Origin: an uncultured bacterium
Lineage (GTDB): Bacteria > SAR324 > NAC60-12
Reading direction: 5' to 3'
NCBI GenBank assembly: GCA_965662235.1
Contig: CBFIGY010000018.1
Location: 1 to 57,073, forward strand
Length of the DNA: 57,073 bases
The notes beneath the pieces were generated by a model. The model was not told the origin of the DNA, searched no databases, and saw only the letters and a list, made by a program, of their open reading frames with translations. Position 1 is the first letter of the stretch; every line of letters starts with the position of its first letter. Both the position numbers and the translations under genes were made by a program. This document shows positions 1 to 8,302 of this stretch, piece by piece.

Positions 1-104
1 ACCGCCCCGATCACTCCACCGGTGGCCGGGTTGTGGACGTCAAGGGTGGCCCCGGATGAGTGGGTCTGCTTGCCTGCGACGTAGTTGGAAATCAAGGAAG
101 CCAT
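1..104 (-). CDS. Aldehyde dehydrogenase N-terminus (partial), probably methylmalonate-semialdehyde dehydrogenase IolA/MmsA-like
   Basis: Manual translation from ATG at 104 gives MASLISNYVAGKQTHSSGATLDVHNPATGGVIGA, with the ALDH 'NPATG' motif; divergent from iolG. Confidence 0.7.
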   Translation of the reverse strand, partial: MASLISNYVAGKQTHSSGATLDVHNPATGGVIGA

Positions 105-127
105 TTTTGCCTGCTCTCTCAAATTTA

Positions 128-170
128 GGAAAAAATATTCTATTTAATAGATAAACGGAATATATTTGCC
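128..170. promoter_or_regulatory. Two IolR-like operator boxes in the divergent iol promoter region
   Basis: GGAA-aaaata-TTCT (128-141) and GGAA-tatatt-TGCC (157-170) each match the rhizobial IolR motif GGAA-N6-TTCC with one mismatch. Confidence 0.45.
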
Positions 171-353
171 ATTTAAGTGGAAGTCAACTACATTTTCAAG
201 CGGTGCTGCAGAATTTCGGGACTTGCATTGGTTCCTTCTCTGGTGTTTTCTCAGGGGGGCGGCCCCGGAAAGAACCGGTCCCTCCTTTCCCACCGGGCCG
301 ACGTCCCAAACGTCGCCGGGCTCTTCTTTTCTACTCACGCGAAACAGACTCTT

Positions 354-1352
354 ATGAAACCCCTTACCTTTGGCATCATCGGTGCGGGACGCATCGGCAA
401 GCTCCACGCAGACAACCTGCTCAGCCGTGTTGAAGGGGCGCGTCTCAAGGCCATCACCGATCCGTTTCTCGACGAAGCGTGGGCTCAGTCGCGAGGCATT
501 GAAGCCTTTGGCACCGACCATCGGATGCTCCTAGAGGATCCGGAAATCGACGCCATTCTCATCGGTTCACCGTCTCCGGAACATGCGCCCCAGATGATCG
601 AGTGCGCTCACGCCGGCAAGCACATCTTCTGTGAGAAGCCGGTCGCGCTGGATCCGGAGGTGATCCGCCACGCGCTTCAGGAAGTTGAAAAGGCCGGCAT
701 CAAGCTGCAGGTGGGCTTCAACCGACGCTTTGACCCCAGCTTTGCAGCCGTTCAGCAGCAGGTGGCTTCCGGCTCCCTCGGTGACCCGCAGCTGATCCGA
801 GTGACCTCCCGGGACCCTTCGCCGCCGCCGCCTGAGTACGTTGCCAGCTCCGGAGGCATGTTCCTCGACATGACCATCCACGACTTCGACATGATCCGCT
901 TCCTCAGCGGCAGCGAGGTTGAAGAGGTTCACGCCTATGGGGCCGTGTTGGTTGATCCGGAGATTGGCAAAGCCGGCGACATTGACACCGCGGTCATTTC
1001 CCTCAAGCTGGCAAATGGCGCGCTCGGCGTCATTGAAAACAGCCGGAAAGCGGTTTACGGCTACGACCAACGCATTGAGGTCTTCGGCTCGCAGGGGATG
1101 GCCTTTGCCGACAACAACACTCCGACCCGCATGACCGTGATGAGCGAGTCCGGAACCGTCAGCGACAAACCCCTGTACTTCTTCCTCGAGCGCTACCAAG
1201 CCGCCTTTGTTGCAGAAATGCAGGCCTTTGTGCAGGCGATCCAGAAGGATGAGGCCCCACCGGTTTCGGGAAACGACGGGCTGGCGCCGGTGCTCATTGC
1301 GCTTGCAGCCAAGGAATCGCTTCGAGTAGAAGGCCCCGTCAAGGTCGGCTAA
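354..1352 (+). CDS. iolG: myo-inositol 2-dehydrogenase (Gfo/Idh/MocA family)
   Basis: GIIGAGRIG Rossmann motif, CEKP, GFNRRFD, SRDP, DMTIHDFD, YGYDQRIE; start placed at ATG 354. Confidence 0.92.
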   Translation: MKPLTFGIIGAGRIGKLHADNLLSRVEGARLKAITDPFLDEAWAQSRGIEAFGTDHRMLLEDPEIDAILIGSPSPEHAPQMIECAHAGKHIFCEKPVALDPEVIRHALQEVEKAGIKLQVGFNRRFDPSFAAVQQQVASGSLGDPQLIRVTSRDPSPPPPEYVASSGGMFLDMTIHDFDMIRFLSGSEVEEVHAYGAVLVDPEIGKAGDIDTAVISLKLANGALGVIENSRKAVYGYDQRIEVFGSQGMAFADNNTPTRMTVMSESGTVSDKPLYFFLERYQAAFVAEMQAFVQAIQKDEAPPVSGNDGLAPVLIALAAKESLRVEGPVKVG

Positions 1353-1530
1353 CCCTCCCGCGCTGGCTTTGCTGCCTTGGCCAGCGCCCTCATCTTCCAA
1401 CCCCGGTGCTCCCTTCCCGCCTTTTCAATTCCCGGGTTTTCCCCACACGAAGGACTGAGTGTTGCAGGAGATTGTGGATCTGGCCCCACCAGATTCCAGG
1501 CCGTTCCTTTCTCTTCCCACTCTGACTGCC

Positions 1531-2394
1531 ATGAACGCTAACTCCATTGCTCGTCTGCTCATTTCCTGCCCCGACCGTCCGGGCATTGTCTCTGCGGTTT
1601 CCACCTTTCTCTACAATCACGGAGGAAACATTCTGGACCTCGACCAGCACTCCACCGACCCTTCCGGAGGAACGCTGTTCATGCGGGTGGAGTTTGCAAT
1701 TGAGGACCTAGAGGAGTCGCTGCCGGTGATGCGGAAGCACTTCCGCGACTCCGTGGCCCGGACGTACGGAATGGAGTGGGTGCTCAATCCGGCGGCGGAA
1801 CACAAGCGAGTCGCCATTTTGGTGTCAAAGTACGACCACGTGCTGCTGGATCTGCTCTGGCGTCACAGCCGAAAGCTGCTTCCGGCCGAAATTGCCTTGG
1901 TCATCAGCAACCATCCGGACCTGCAGGAAGCAACAGAGCGCTTTGGCGTGCCCTTTCACCAGGTGCCTGTTTCAGCAGACACCAAGGCAGAGGCGGAAGC
2001 CACCATCTTGAACCTGATGGCCGGCCAGGTGGACTTGGTGGTGCTCGCTCGCTACATGCAGATCCTTTCCCGGGACTTCATTGCCGAGTATCCCCACCGG
2101 ATCATCAACATCCACCACTCGTTCCTCCCTGCCTTTGTCGGAGCCAACCCCTACCGACAGGCCTATGAGCGCGGCGTCAAGCTCATTGGGGCCACCGCCC
2201 ATTACGCCACCATGGACCTTGATGAAGGCCCCATCATTGAGCAGGACGTGGTTCGGGTCGCACACGACTTTTCCCCTCGGCAACTGCAGGAGCTGGGGCA
2301 GGACATTGAGCGAGCAGTCTTGGCACGAGCCGTCCTCTGGCACCTTGAGGACCGGGTGCTTGTTCACCAGAACAAGACCATTGTCTTCAGCTAA
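1531..2394 (+). CDS. purU: Formyltetrahydrofolate deformylase
   Basis: N-terminal ACT domain (CPDRPGIV), [36 protein letters not shown]. Confidence 0.95.
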   Translation: MNANSIARLLISCPDRPGIVSAVSTFLYNHGGNILDLDQHSTDPSGGTLFMRVEFAIEDLEESLPVMRKHFRDSVARTYGMEWVLNPAAEHKRVAILVSKYDHVLLDLLWRHSRKLLPAEIALVISNHPDLQEATERFGVPFHQVPVSADTKAEAEATILNLMAGQVDLVVLARYMQILSRDFIAEYPHRIINIHHSFLPAFVGANPYRQAYERGVKLIGATAHYATMDLDEGPIIEQDVVRVAHDFSPRQLQELGQDIERAVLARAVLWHLEDRVLVHQNKTIVFS

Positions 2395-2494
2395 ACCACC
2401 GCTTCCCAAGCGTCAGCCCCTGCCGGATTCGTCTCCTTTACCCCTGCCGCCTAATCCGGCTAAAAAATATTTTTCTATAAATTAACAATTTTAG

Positions 2495-2522
2495 TTGCAA
2501 TTTATGGAGAGGTGGTTAGAAT
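2495..2522 (+). promoter_or_regulatory. Candidate sigma70 promoter
   Basis: TTGCAA-16 bp-TAGAAT with AT-rich upstream DNA, before the 2588 ORF. Confidence 0.55.
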
Positions 2523-2587
2523 CAGAATCATTGAAGTTGCTCATCTGAGCCAACCCCCGCACTGCATGACGCTCTAAAGGAGACCCC

Positions 2588-2893
2588 ATGGCAAAAGAAA
2601 CAATGATTGCTCCCGCAAAAAAAGCTTACAACGACTTCTGCGACCAGTACGAAAAAGGTCTGGGCGAGCTGGAGAACCTGCAAAAGCAAGCGCTTGAGCA
2701 GACCTTCGGCATGATGGAGAAGTGGCCGATGATGGACCAGAACCCAATGGCCGCCATGTTCAAGGACGCCAAGCCGGTTCAGCTGAAGGTCCTCACCGAT
2801 GGCTACGCTCAGGTCCGCAAGGTTGCTCAGGACATGCGCCAGCACACCAACCAGTGGATGGCTTCCGCTGAGACCATGGTCCCGGCTCTGTAA
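2588..2893 (+). CDS. Small helical hypothetical protein (phasin-like?)
   Basis: AAGGAG RBS, own promoter and terminator; amphipathic, Met/Gln/Lys-rich 101 aa. Confidence 0.75.
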   Translation: MAKETMIAPAKKAYNDFCDQYEKGLGELENLQKQALEQTFGMMEKWPMMDQNPMAAMFKDAKPVQLKVLTDGYAQVRKVAQDMRQHTNQWMASAETMVPAL

Positions 2894-2922
2894 GCACGAC
2901 TTTCTCCAAAGTCACCTTCCCG

Positions 2923-2962
2923 AATCCCCGGTGCGGTTCTTCCGTATCCGGGGATTTTTTTT
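2923..2962 (+). terminator. Rho-independent terminator
   Basis: aatccccgg-tgcgg...ccgta-t-ccggggatt stem followed by a T run. Confidence 0.85.
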
Positions 2963-3084
2963 GCTCTCCCCACCCACTTTTCTCCCCACTTATTTAACCC
3001 CATTTTATTCCCCAACCCTGTGAGATCGGCCTGATTCTACTTTTCAAATATTTGAATTTATTTAATAAAAATCGAATCTCACCA

Positions 3085-3101
3085 CTGGTCCATGACTTGC
3101 T
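3085..3101 (+). promoter_or_regulatory. Candidate sigma54 (-24/-12) promoter 1
   Basis: CTGGTCCATGACTTGCT has GG-N10-GC spacing with TTGCT; AT-rich tract upstream; the operon encodes a sigma54 activator. Confidence 0.55.
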
Positions 3102-3279
3102 GCAAGAAGAGAGAAACCGGCTTATACTGAAGGCTCTTTTGCAGACGTCGACCATGCTCACCCATCCCTCTCCCTTCTCCCGACCCGATGATTCCGCTGG
3201 GAATCCGTCTGGAGCATTGGCTACGGGTTCGGTGGGAAGTGGTTACCCTTCCGACCCATCAGATCCTTCGGAGGTTCTC

Positions 3280-4674
3280 ATGCCTGCCCGCGCTTTCCCG
3301 CTCCTTCCGGTTTTCTCGATTGCCAGTTTGCTGGTGCTCTGTGGCTTCACCCTCTTGCTCAGCTGGCTGCTGGGCAATCAGTTGGAAGAGGAGTTGCTGA
3401 GCCGCGACACGCTCATCACCACGACCACGGTGCAGTCAGAGGTAGTCGAGTACCTTGGCAACCGTTCCTTTGAGACGCTTTACCAGGACACAGAGTTGCT
3501 CAAGGACGTCCTGCACGCGGTGACCATGGTTCCCGGAAGCCACGGTGTGGAGATCATTCACCCCGACGGGTTGATCGGCTGGTCGTCCATCCATGAAGAA
3601 GTCGGAGAGTACAAGGATTCTGCCGTCTTCCGCAGAGCAATGTCTGGGAAGGCGACCCTGAAGCACGAGATGGTGGATGAGCAGGCGTTTCCCCACGCCG
3701 ACGCCCGCTACGCCTCAGCGCTGTACATTCCCATTCCACGGGGCAGCGAGATCCTCGGGGTGGTGGAGGTCCACCGTTACAACGTGCAGCTCAAGCGGCA
3801 GGTGGACTCGCTGCGGCAATCGGTCTGGGTCTACAGCCTGGGCTTCGGCAGCGTCCTCTACCTGACGCTGTTGTTGATCATCTTCCCGGCTTCACGCATC
3901 CTCCGACGTCAGCACAACAGCCTGCTGGACAATGCCCAGGAGCTGGCGCAAGCAAACCGGGAGCTCCGGGCCGCGCAGTCCCAGTTGCTCAAGCAAGAGC
4001 GGCTGGCTGCCATGGGAGAAGTGAGCGCGTCTGTGGCTCATGGACTCAAGAACCCCATTGCCGGACTCCGGGCGGCGCTGCAGCTGCTGTCCATTCCGTC
4101 CATCACTCAAGAAGAAAGCAAGGAGATCGTCCTCTCGCTGCTGCGGGAAATTGACCGTCTCACCGAGCGGGTGAACCACCTGCTCAACTTCGTCCGTCCC
4201 TTTCATCCCAACCCAACCGCTCTCTCGCTCTACCCCATGGTGGTGGAGGCCGGACGGTCCCTGGAGTGGCGCTTGCGCGAGAAACACATTGAGCTGCACC
4301 TCCCGGAGCCTTCTGTGCTTCCGGAGGTTCAGGCCGACCCATCGCTGCTGGAGGAGGCCTTCCTGATTGTCCTCTCCAATGCCCTAGACGCCTCTCCGGA
4401 AGGTTCCCGAATCGAGTGCACCGTGGAAGCCAATGCGACCCACCAGTGGATCCGGGTCACCGACGAAGGCGATGGCATCTCGGCAGAGCACATGGAACAC
4501 ATCTTTGAACAGTTTTACACCACCCGCAGCCGTGGGATTGGTCTTGGCCTCGCCCTCTGCAAGAAGATCATGGAGGCCCATCACGGCTCCATCGAGCTTG
4601 ACAGTCAGGAGCACCAGGGAACCACAGTACGGCTGATTCTTCCTAACACTCCCTCTGAGCTGCCTCATGAGTAA
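3280..4674 (+). CDS. Membrane sensor histidine kinase (NtrB-like)
   Basis: GGAGG RBS before ATG 3280; 2 TM segments around a periplasmic domain; H-box AHGLKNP, N-box SNALDA, DEGDG, GIGLGL. Confidence 0.92.
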   Translation: MPARAFPLLPVFSIASLLVLCGFTLLLSWLLGNQLEEELLSRDTLITTTTVQSEVVEYLGNRSFETLYQDTELLKDVLHAVTMVPGSHGVEIIHPDGLIGWSSIHEEVGEYKDSAVFRRAMSGKATLKHEMVDEQAFPHADARYASALYIPIPRGSEILGVVEVHRYNVQLKRQVDSLRQSVWVYSLGFGSVLYLTLLLIIFPASRILRRQHNSLLDNAQELAQANRELRAAQSQLLKQERLAAMGEVSASVAHGLKNPIAGLRAALQLLSIPSITQEESKEIVLSLLREIDRLTERVNHLLNFVRPFHPNPTALSLYPMVVEAGRSLEWRLREKHIELHLPEPSVLPEVQADPSLLEEAFLIVLSNALDASPEGSRIECTVEANATHQWIRVTDEGDGISAEHMEHIFEQFYTTRSRGIGLGLALCKKIMEAHHGSIELDSQEHQGTTVRLILPNTPSELPHE

Positions 4675-5245
4675 CCCTGCTCTTCGCTGGAAGTCCTTCC
4701 TGGTCCTGCTGACCACACTCCTCCTGGTCTCGGCTCCGCTCTGGGCCGACGACGATGACTGGGGAGAGGAGGACGATCGCCGCTCTTCCTTCTTCGGGGG
4801 AGACGGATACGGCGAGCGAGGCGAGGGTTCAGAAGATGCCAGCGAGGCGCTCGGCAACATTGCCCTCTTCGGCTTTGTGGCCCTGAACGGCCTCTACTAC
4901 TACAGCATGGGCTTCAAGCGGGCGCCCAAGCCCCTGCGGACCAGCTCCCCGTCTTGGGTGAAGCTGCCCCTCAAGTGGAAGAATGCGACCCGGAACTTTC
5001 ACTACTGGGGAAACCCGGTGCTCATCGGCATCGCCTGGCTCCACGGCATCACGGCAGAGGAAAGCAACCTCCTCGTCTGGACCGGTTGGGGGCTGATGAT
5101 CCTTCTGGCACTGAGTGGGCTGATCATGAAGCTCCAACGGGCCGATGCGCCTGGGGCCAAGATCAACCGCCTCATCCACTCTCAGCACTTTCTTTCCATT
5201 GCCATGGTCCTGCTGTTGTGGGTTGGGCACGGCTTTCTTGACTAA
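4667..5245 (+). CDS. Membrane protein with acidic exported N-terminus and His-bearing TM helices (possible cytochrome b/ferric-reductase-like)
   Basis: Signal peptide, DDDDWGEEDD tract, His residues in or next to TM helices (NFHYWG, AWLHG, IHSQH, VGHG). Confidence 0.7.
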   Translation: MSNPALRWKSFLVLLTTLLLVSAPLWADDDDWGEEDDRRSSFFGGDGYGERGEGSEDASEALGNIALFGFVALNGLYYYSMGFKRAPKPLRTSSPSWVKLPLKWKNATRNFHYWGNPVLIGIAWLHGITAEESNLLVWTGWGLMILLALSGLIMKLQRADAPGAKINRLIHSQHFLSIAMVLLLWVGHGFLD

Positions 5246-5272
5246 CCCGATGATGCTCTCCAGAGACCTGTG

Positions 5273-5485
5273 ATGATGAAACCCCTCTTTCTTTACAGCG
5301 CCCTGCCGCTCTCTTTAATGCTTGCCGGATGTTTTGGCCCCGAACGCTACGAGGGCCGCTACTCCGGTTCGTCCCGCTATTACGACTCAGACCGGTCTTA
5401 CGACAGTGACCGAAGTCGCTCCTACCGTGACCGTGGTCGCTATCACCGAGAGGGTGATGACGACCATGACGGCTGGGATGATTGA
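5273..5485 (+). CDS. Small lipoprotein 1
   Basis: Lipobox LAG-C; Tyr/Asp/Arg/Ser-rich tail ending DDDHDGWDD. Confidence 0.7.
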   Translation: MMKPLFLYSALPLSLMLAGCFGPERYEGRYSGSSRYYDSDRSYDSDRSRSYRDRGRYHREGDDDHDGWDD

Positions 5486-5596
5486 AGTTTTTTCTGAAAT
5501 CCCTGGGATGTTCATATTTGCTTCAAATTTCTTCGGTACCTTATCTCTTAGACCCTCTGAATCTGAAACAAACCTTAGATTAAGGAGTTGGTTGTT

Positions 5597-5776
5597 ATGA
5601 AACGTTTATCCGCTCTTCGACTTCGCTGGAGCCTCCTCGTCCTTACCCTGTTGACGGGAGGAAGCCTGATGCTGACCGGCTGTTCAAGTGCGTCCCACTC
5701 GGTAGGAGTTGGGGACTCTGACCACGACGGAGATGCCAATTGCTTCTTGCTCTGCGACTTCGACAGCGATGATTGA
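5597..5776 (+). CDS. Small lipoprotein 2
   Basis: TAAGGAG RBS, lipobox LTG-C, tail DSDHDGDANCFLLCDFDSDD; paralogue of 5804-6019. Confidence 0.75.
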   Translation: MKRLSALRLRWSLLVLTLLTGGSLMLTGCSSASHSVGVGDSDHDGDANCFLLCDFDSDD

Positions 5777-5803
5777 TTCACCTCTTTCACGCAAGGAGAC
5801 GCC

Positions 5804-6019
5804 ATGAAACGCTTATCGACTCTGCGGCTTCGCTGGACGGTGCTGGCCATCGTCCTTCTGACTGGAGGCAGCCTGCTGCTCTCCGGATGCCAGGCACGTC
5901 TGTTCCGCTCCGATTCACCTGGTTACAGCGACCGGGACTCGGATCGCGGCAACCGAGACCGGGACCGAGACGGCAGCTGTGTCCTCGGGATGTTCTGTGA
6001 CAGCGACAGCGATGATTGA
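5804..6019 (+). CDS. Small lipoprotein 3
   Basis: AAGGAG RBS, lipobox LSG-C, tail DRDRDGSCVLGMFCDSDSDD; signal peptide nearly identical to 5597. Confidence 0.75.
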   Translation: MKRLSTLRLRWTVLAIVLLTGGSLLLSGCQARLFRSDSPGYSDRDSDRGNRDRDRDGSCVLGMFCDSDSDD

Positions 6020-6102
6020 TCCTTTTTCTGCCGGCCTCGTGCCGGCACATTCCCACCGCGCCTTCTCAAGGGCGCGGGCCCTTCTTCTTCATGATTGACC
6101 TT

Positions 6103-6549
6103 ATGAAACAGACCGCCTTTTTCAAATCCCTCCTGTTGGGGGGCTTCGCTTCGCTCGTGTTGAGCTTTTCTGCCCACGCCGGAACCCCGGCCAGCCCTGA
6201 TGCCCAGAAGCTGTTGGACGGTTGGGCCAAGGTTGCTCAGACCGAAAACCCAAGCTTCCAGGGCTTCAGTGCGGCTGAAGGCAAGAAGATCTATCACACG
6301 GAGCACCTTCATTCCGAAGGAGAAAAGCGCAGCTGCGCCAGTTGTCACACCGACAATCCGGCTCAGGCTGGCCGCAACGCTTCTACCGGAAAGGTGATTG
6401 ACCCGCTCTCTCCAGCAGTCAATCCGGAGCGTTTCACCAAGGCGCGGACCATCAACAAGTGGTTCAAGCGCAACTGCAAATGGGTCCTAGAACGGGAGTG
6501 CACCGCTGAGGAAAAGGGGCACTTCACGACCTATATGCTCTCTCTCTAA
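6103..6549 (+). CDS. Sphaeroides heme protein (SHP/DUF1924)-like monoheme cytochrome c
   Basis: Signal peptide, CASCH, TGKVIDPLSPAVNPERFT, KWFKRNC...RECT (SHP-type Asn ligand plus disulfide pattern). Confidence 0.85.
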   Translation: MKQTAFFKSLLLGGFASLVLSFSAHAGTPASPDAQKLLDGWAKVAQTENPSFQGFSAAEGKKIYHTEHLHSEGEKRSCASCHTDNPAQAGRNASTGKVIDPLSPAVNPERFTKARTINKWFKRNCKWVLERECTAEEKGHFTTYMLSL

Positions 6550-6567
6550 ACCCTCAAGGAGTTACTA

Positions 6568-7167
6568 ATGCCAATGAAAAAGCTACTGCTACTCGGAGTC
6601 TCTGCCAGCTTGATGATGAGTTGTTCGGTCACCTCCTGGGCGGGAGATGACGATGACGAATACGGAGAGCGTGGAGAATATGGGGAACGTGGAGAGGAAA
6701 ATGAGCGCAGCTGGTGGAGCTCCGGAGGTCCCACCCAGCCTGTGTTGGACTCCATCCCGAACCAGCCCGTTGTCTTTCAGGAAGAGTGCGGAGCCTGCCA
6801 CATGGCGTATCAGGCGGAACTGCTCCCGGCTGAGTCCTGGAAGGCCGTCATGGGGGGCCTGAGCGATCACTTTGGAGAAGACGCCAGCATTGAGCCAGCT
6901 CTCAACCAGCAGATCCTCGGACACCTAGTTGCGTACTCGGCAGACAAGTCGTCCAGTCGGGTGTCCCGACGGGTGATGCGGCGCCTTGACAACCGCGTCT
7001 ACCTGCGGATCTCCGACGTTCCTGGCATTGCCCGCCAGCACCGGGAACACATCTCTCAGCGGGTCCTCCAACGAGACGCGATCCGCACCATCGCGAACTG
7101 CCAGGCATGCCACACCACGGCTGAGCAAGGGGATTACAATGAAGACTACGTTCGCATCCCGCGTTGA
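6568..7167 (+). CDS. Diheme cytochrome c (DHC family)
   Basis: EECGACHMAY, LLPAESW, LSDHFGEDAS, NCQACH; AAGGAG RBS. Confidence 0.9.
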   Translation: MPMKKLLLLGVSASLMMSCSVTSWAGDDDDEYGERGEYGERGEENERSWWSSGGPTQPVLDSIPNQPVVFQEECGACHMAYQAELLPAESWKAVMGGLSDHFGEDASIEPALNQQILGHLVAYSADKSSSRVSRRVMRRLDNRVYLRISDVPGIARQHREHISQRVLQRDAIRTIANCQACHTTAEQGDYNEDYVRIPR

Positions 7168-8296
7168 ACTCACCCCGTTTGAGCGGGTCAAGGTCTGGGA
7201 CCTCCCGACCCGCATCTTCCACTGGGCACTGGTCCTCGTTGTAACCGGTGCCTGGGTCACCACCTTCTGGGAGTGGATGCTGGACCTGCACATCTGGTTC
7301 GGCCGCATCCTGGTGCTCCTGTTAGGGTTCCGGATGGTCTGGGGCTGGATTGGCAACGGGTTTGTCCGCTTCCGGGAGTTTGTGGCTTCTCCTCAAGAGG
7401 TGCTGCACTACCTCAAGGAGCGGGCCAAGGGTCCCATTCTGGAGCTGGGGCACAACCCTGCTGCAGGCTGGATGATGGTCACCCTGCTGGCCGGACTGGT
7501 CGCCTTGGCCATCACTGGAGGAATGATTGTCTCCGGCGAGGAACGCATTGGCGTGCTCGGAGGGGTCATCAGTCGCGAGTGGGGCATCAACGCGCACATC
7601 CTCCACAACCTCCTCGCCTACGGGCTCCTTGTCCTGATCACCGGACACGTCCTGGCCGCTAGTCTGGAAAGCTGGGCTCAGCGTCAGAACCTGCCCTGGG
7701 CCATGGTCACGGGCTACAAGCGAGACGTCCCTGGCGCGAACCTCTCCGCCCGGAAGGTGGTCCCCAATGTGTGGGTCCAGAATGCCTTCCTCATCAGCCT
7801 CGGTCTTGTGGGCATGGGGGCCGCGGTCCTGATGCCACTGGAGTTCCACGATGAGTTGACCCAGCAAGCCCTCACCCAAAGTCCACCACCTGGGCATGAG
7901 CTGTATCAAGAAGAGTGTGCCGCCTGCCACGTGGGCTTCCACCCCAGCCTCCTTCCTCAACGGTCCTGGGAGAAGCTGTTTGCCGGACTCGAGGACCACT
8001 TCGGAGAAGACGCAAGCCTCGACGAAGAGACCACCCAGGAACTGCTGGCCTTTGCCACAGCGCACTCTGCCGAAAAGCTCCAGAGCGAAGCTTCTTTTCG
8101 CATTCTCGATTCGGTTCCGTCCCAAGAGACACCCCTACGGATCACAGAGACTCCGTATTGGAAGGAGAAGCACTCCGAGGTGGATCCCGCGGTATTTGAC
8201 CGCAAGTCCGTCCGCAGCCAGCTCAACTGCTCAGCGTGCCACCAGTATGCCGAATATGGTTCCTTTGAAGACGCTCACATCAAGATTCCGGAGTAA
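7139..8296 (+). CDS. Cytochrome b (Ni-hydrogenase CytB-like) fused to a C-terminal DHC domain
   Basis: VWDLPTRIFHW, GHNPAAG, H..LAY, GHV..., MVTGYK, then EECAACH...DHFGEDAS...NCSACH. Confidence 0.88.
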   Translation: MKTTFASRVELTPFERVKVWDLPTRIFHWALVLVVTGAWVTTFWEWMLDLHIWFGRILVLLLGFRMVWGWIGNGFVRFREFVASPQEVLHYLKERAKGPILELGHNPAAGWMMVTLLAGLVALAITGGMIVSGEERIGVLGGVISREWGINAHILHNLLAYGLLVLITGHVLAASLESWAQRQNLPWAMVTGYKRDVPGANLSARKVVPNVWVQNAFLISLGLVGMGAAVLMPLEFHDELTQQALTQSPPPGHELYQEECAACHVGFHPSLLPQRSWEKLFAGLEDHFGEDASLDEETTQELLAFATAHSAEKLQSEASFRILDSVPSQETPLRITETPYWKEKHSEVDPAVFDRKSVRSQLNCSACHQYAEYGSFEDAHIKIPE

Positions 8297-8302
8297 CTGC
8301 CT

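Noticed and set aside
177..353. 59 aa N-terminal extension of iolG; similar extensions on 1459, 3052, 6986, 21326 and 41723
   Set aside because: Homology and RBS positions support downstream starts; the extensions run through promoter DNA or neighbouring genes
5500..5522. Internal sigma54 site before lipoprotein 2
   Set aside because: GG to GC spacing is 12-13, not the required 10
5273..6019. Small ORFs as RiPP precursors
   Set aside because: They have lipoboxes, and no modifying enzymes or peptide exporter are nearby
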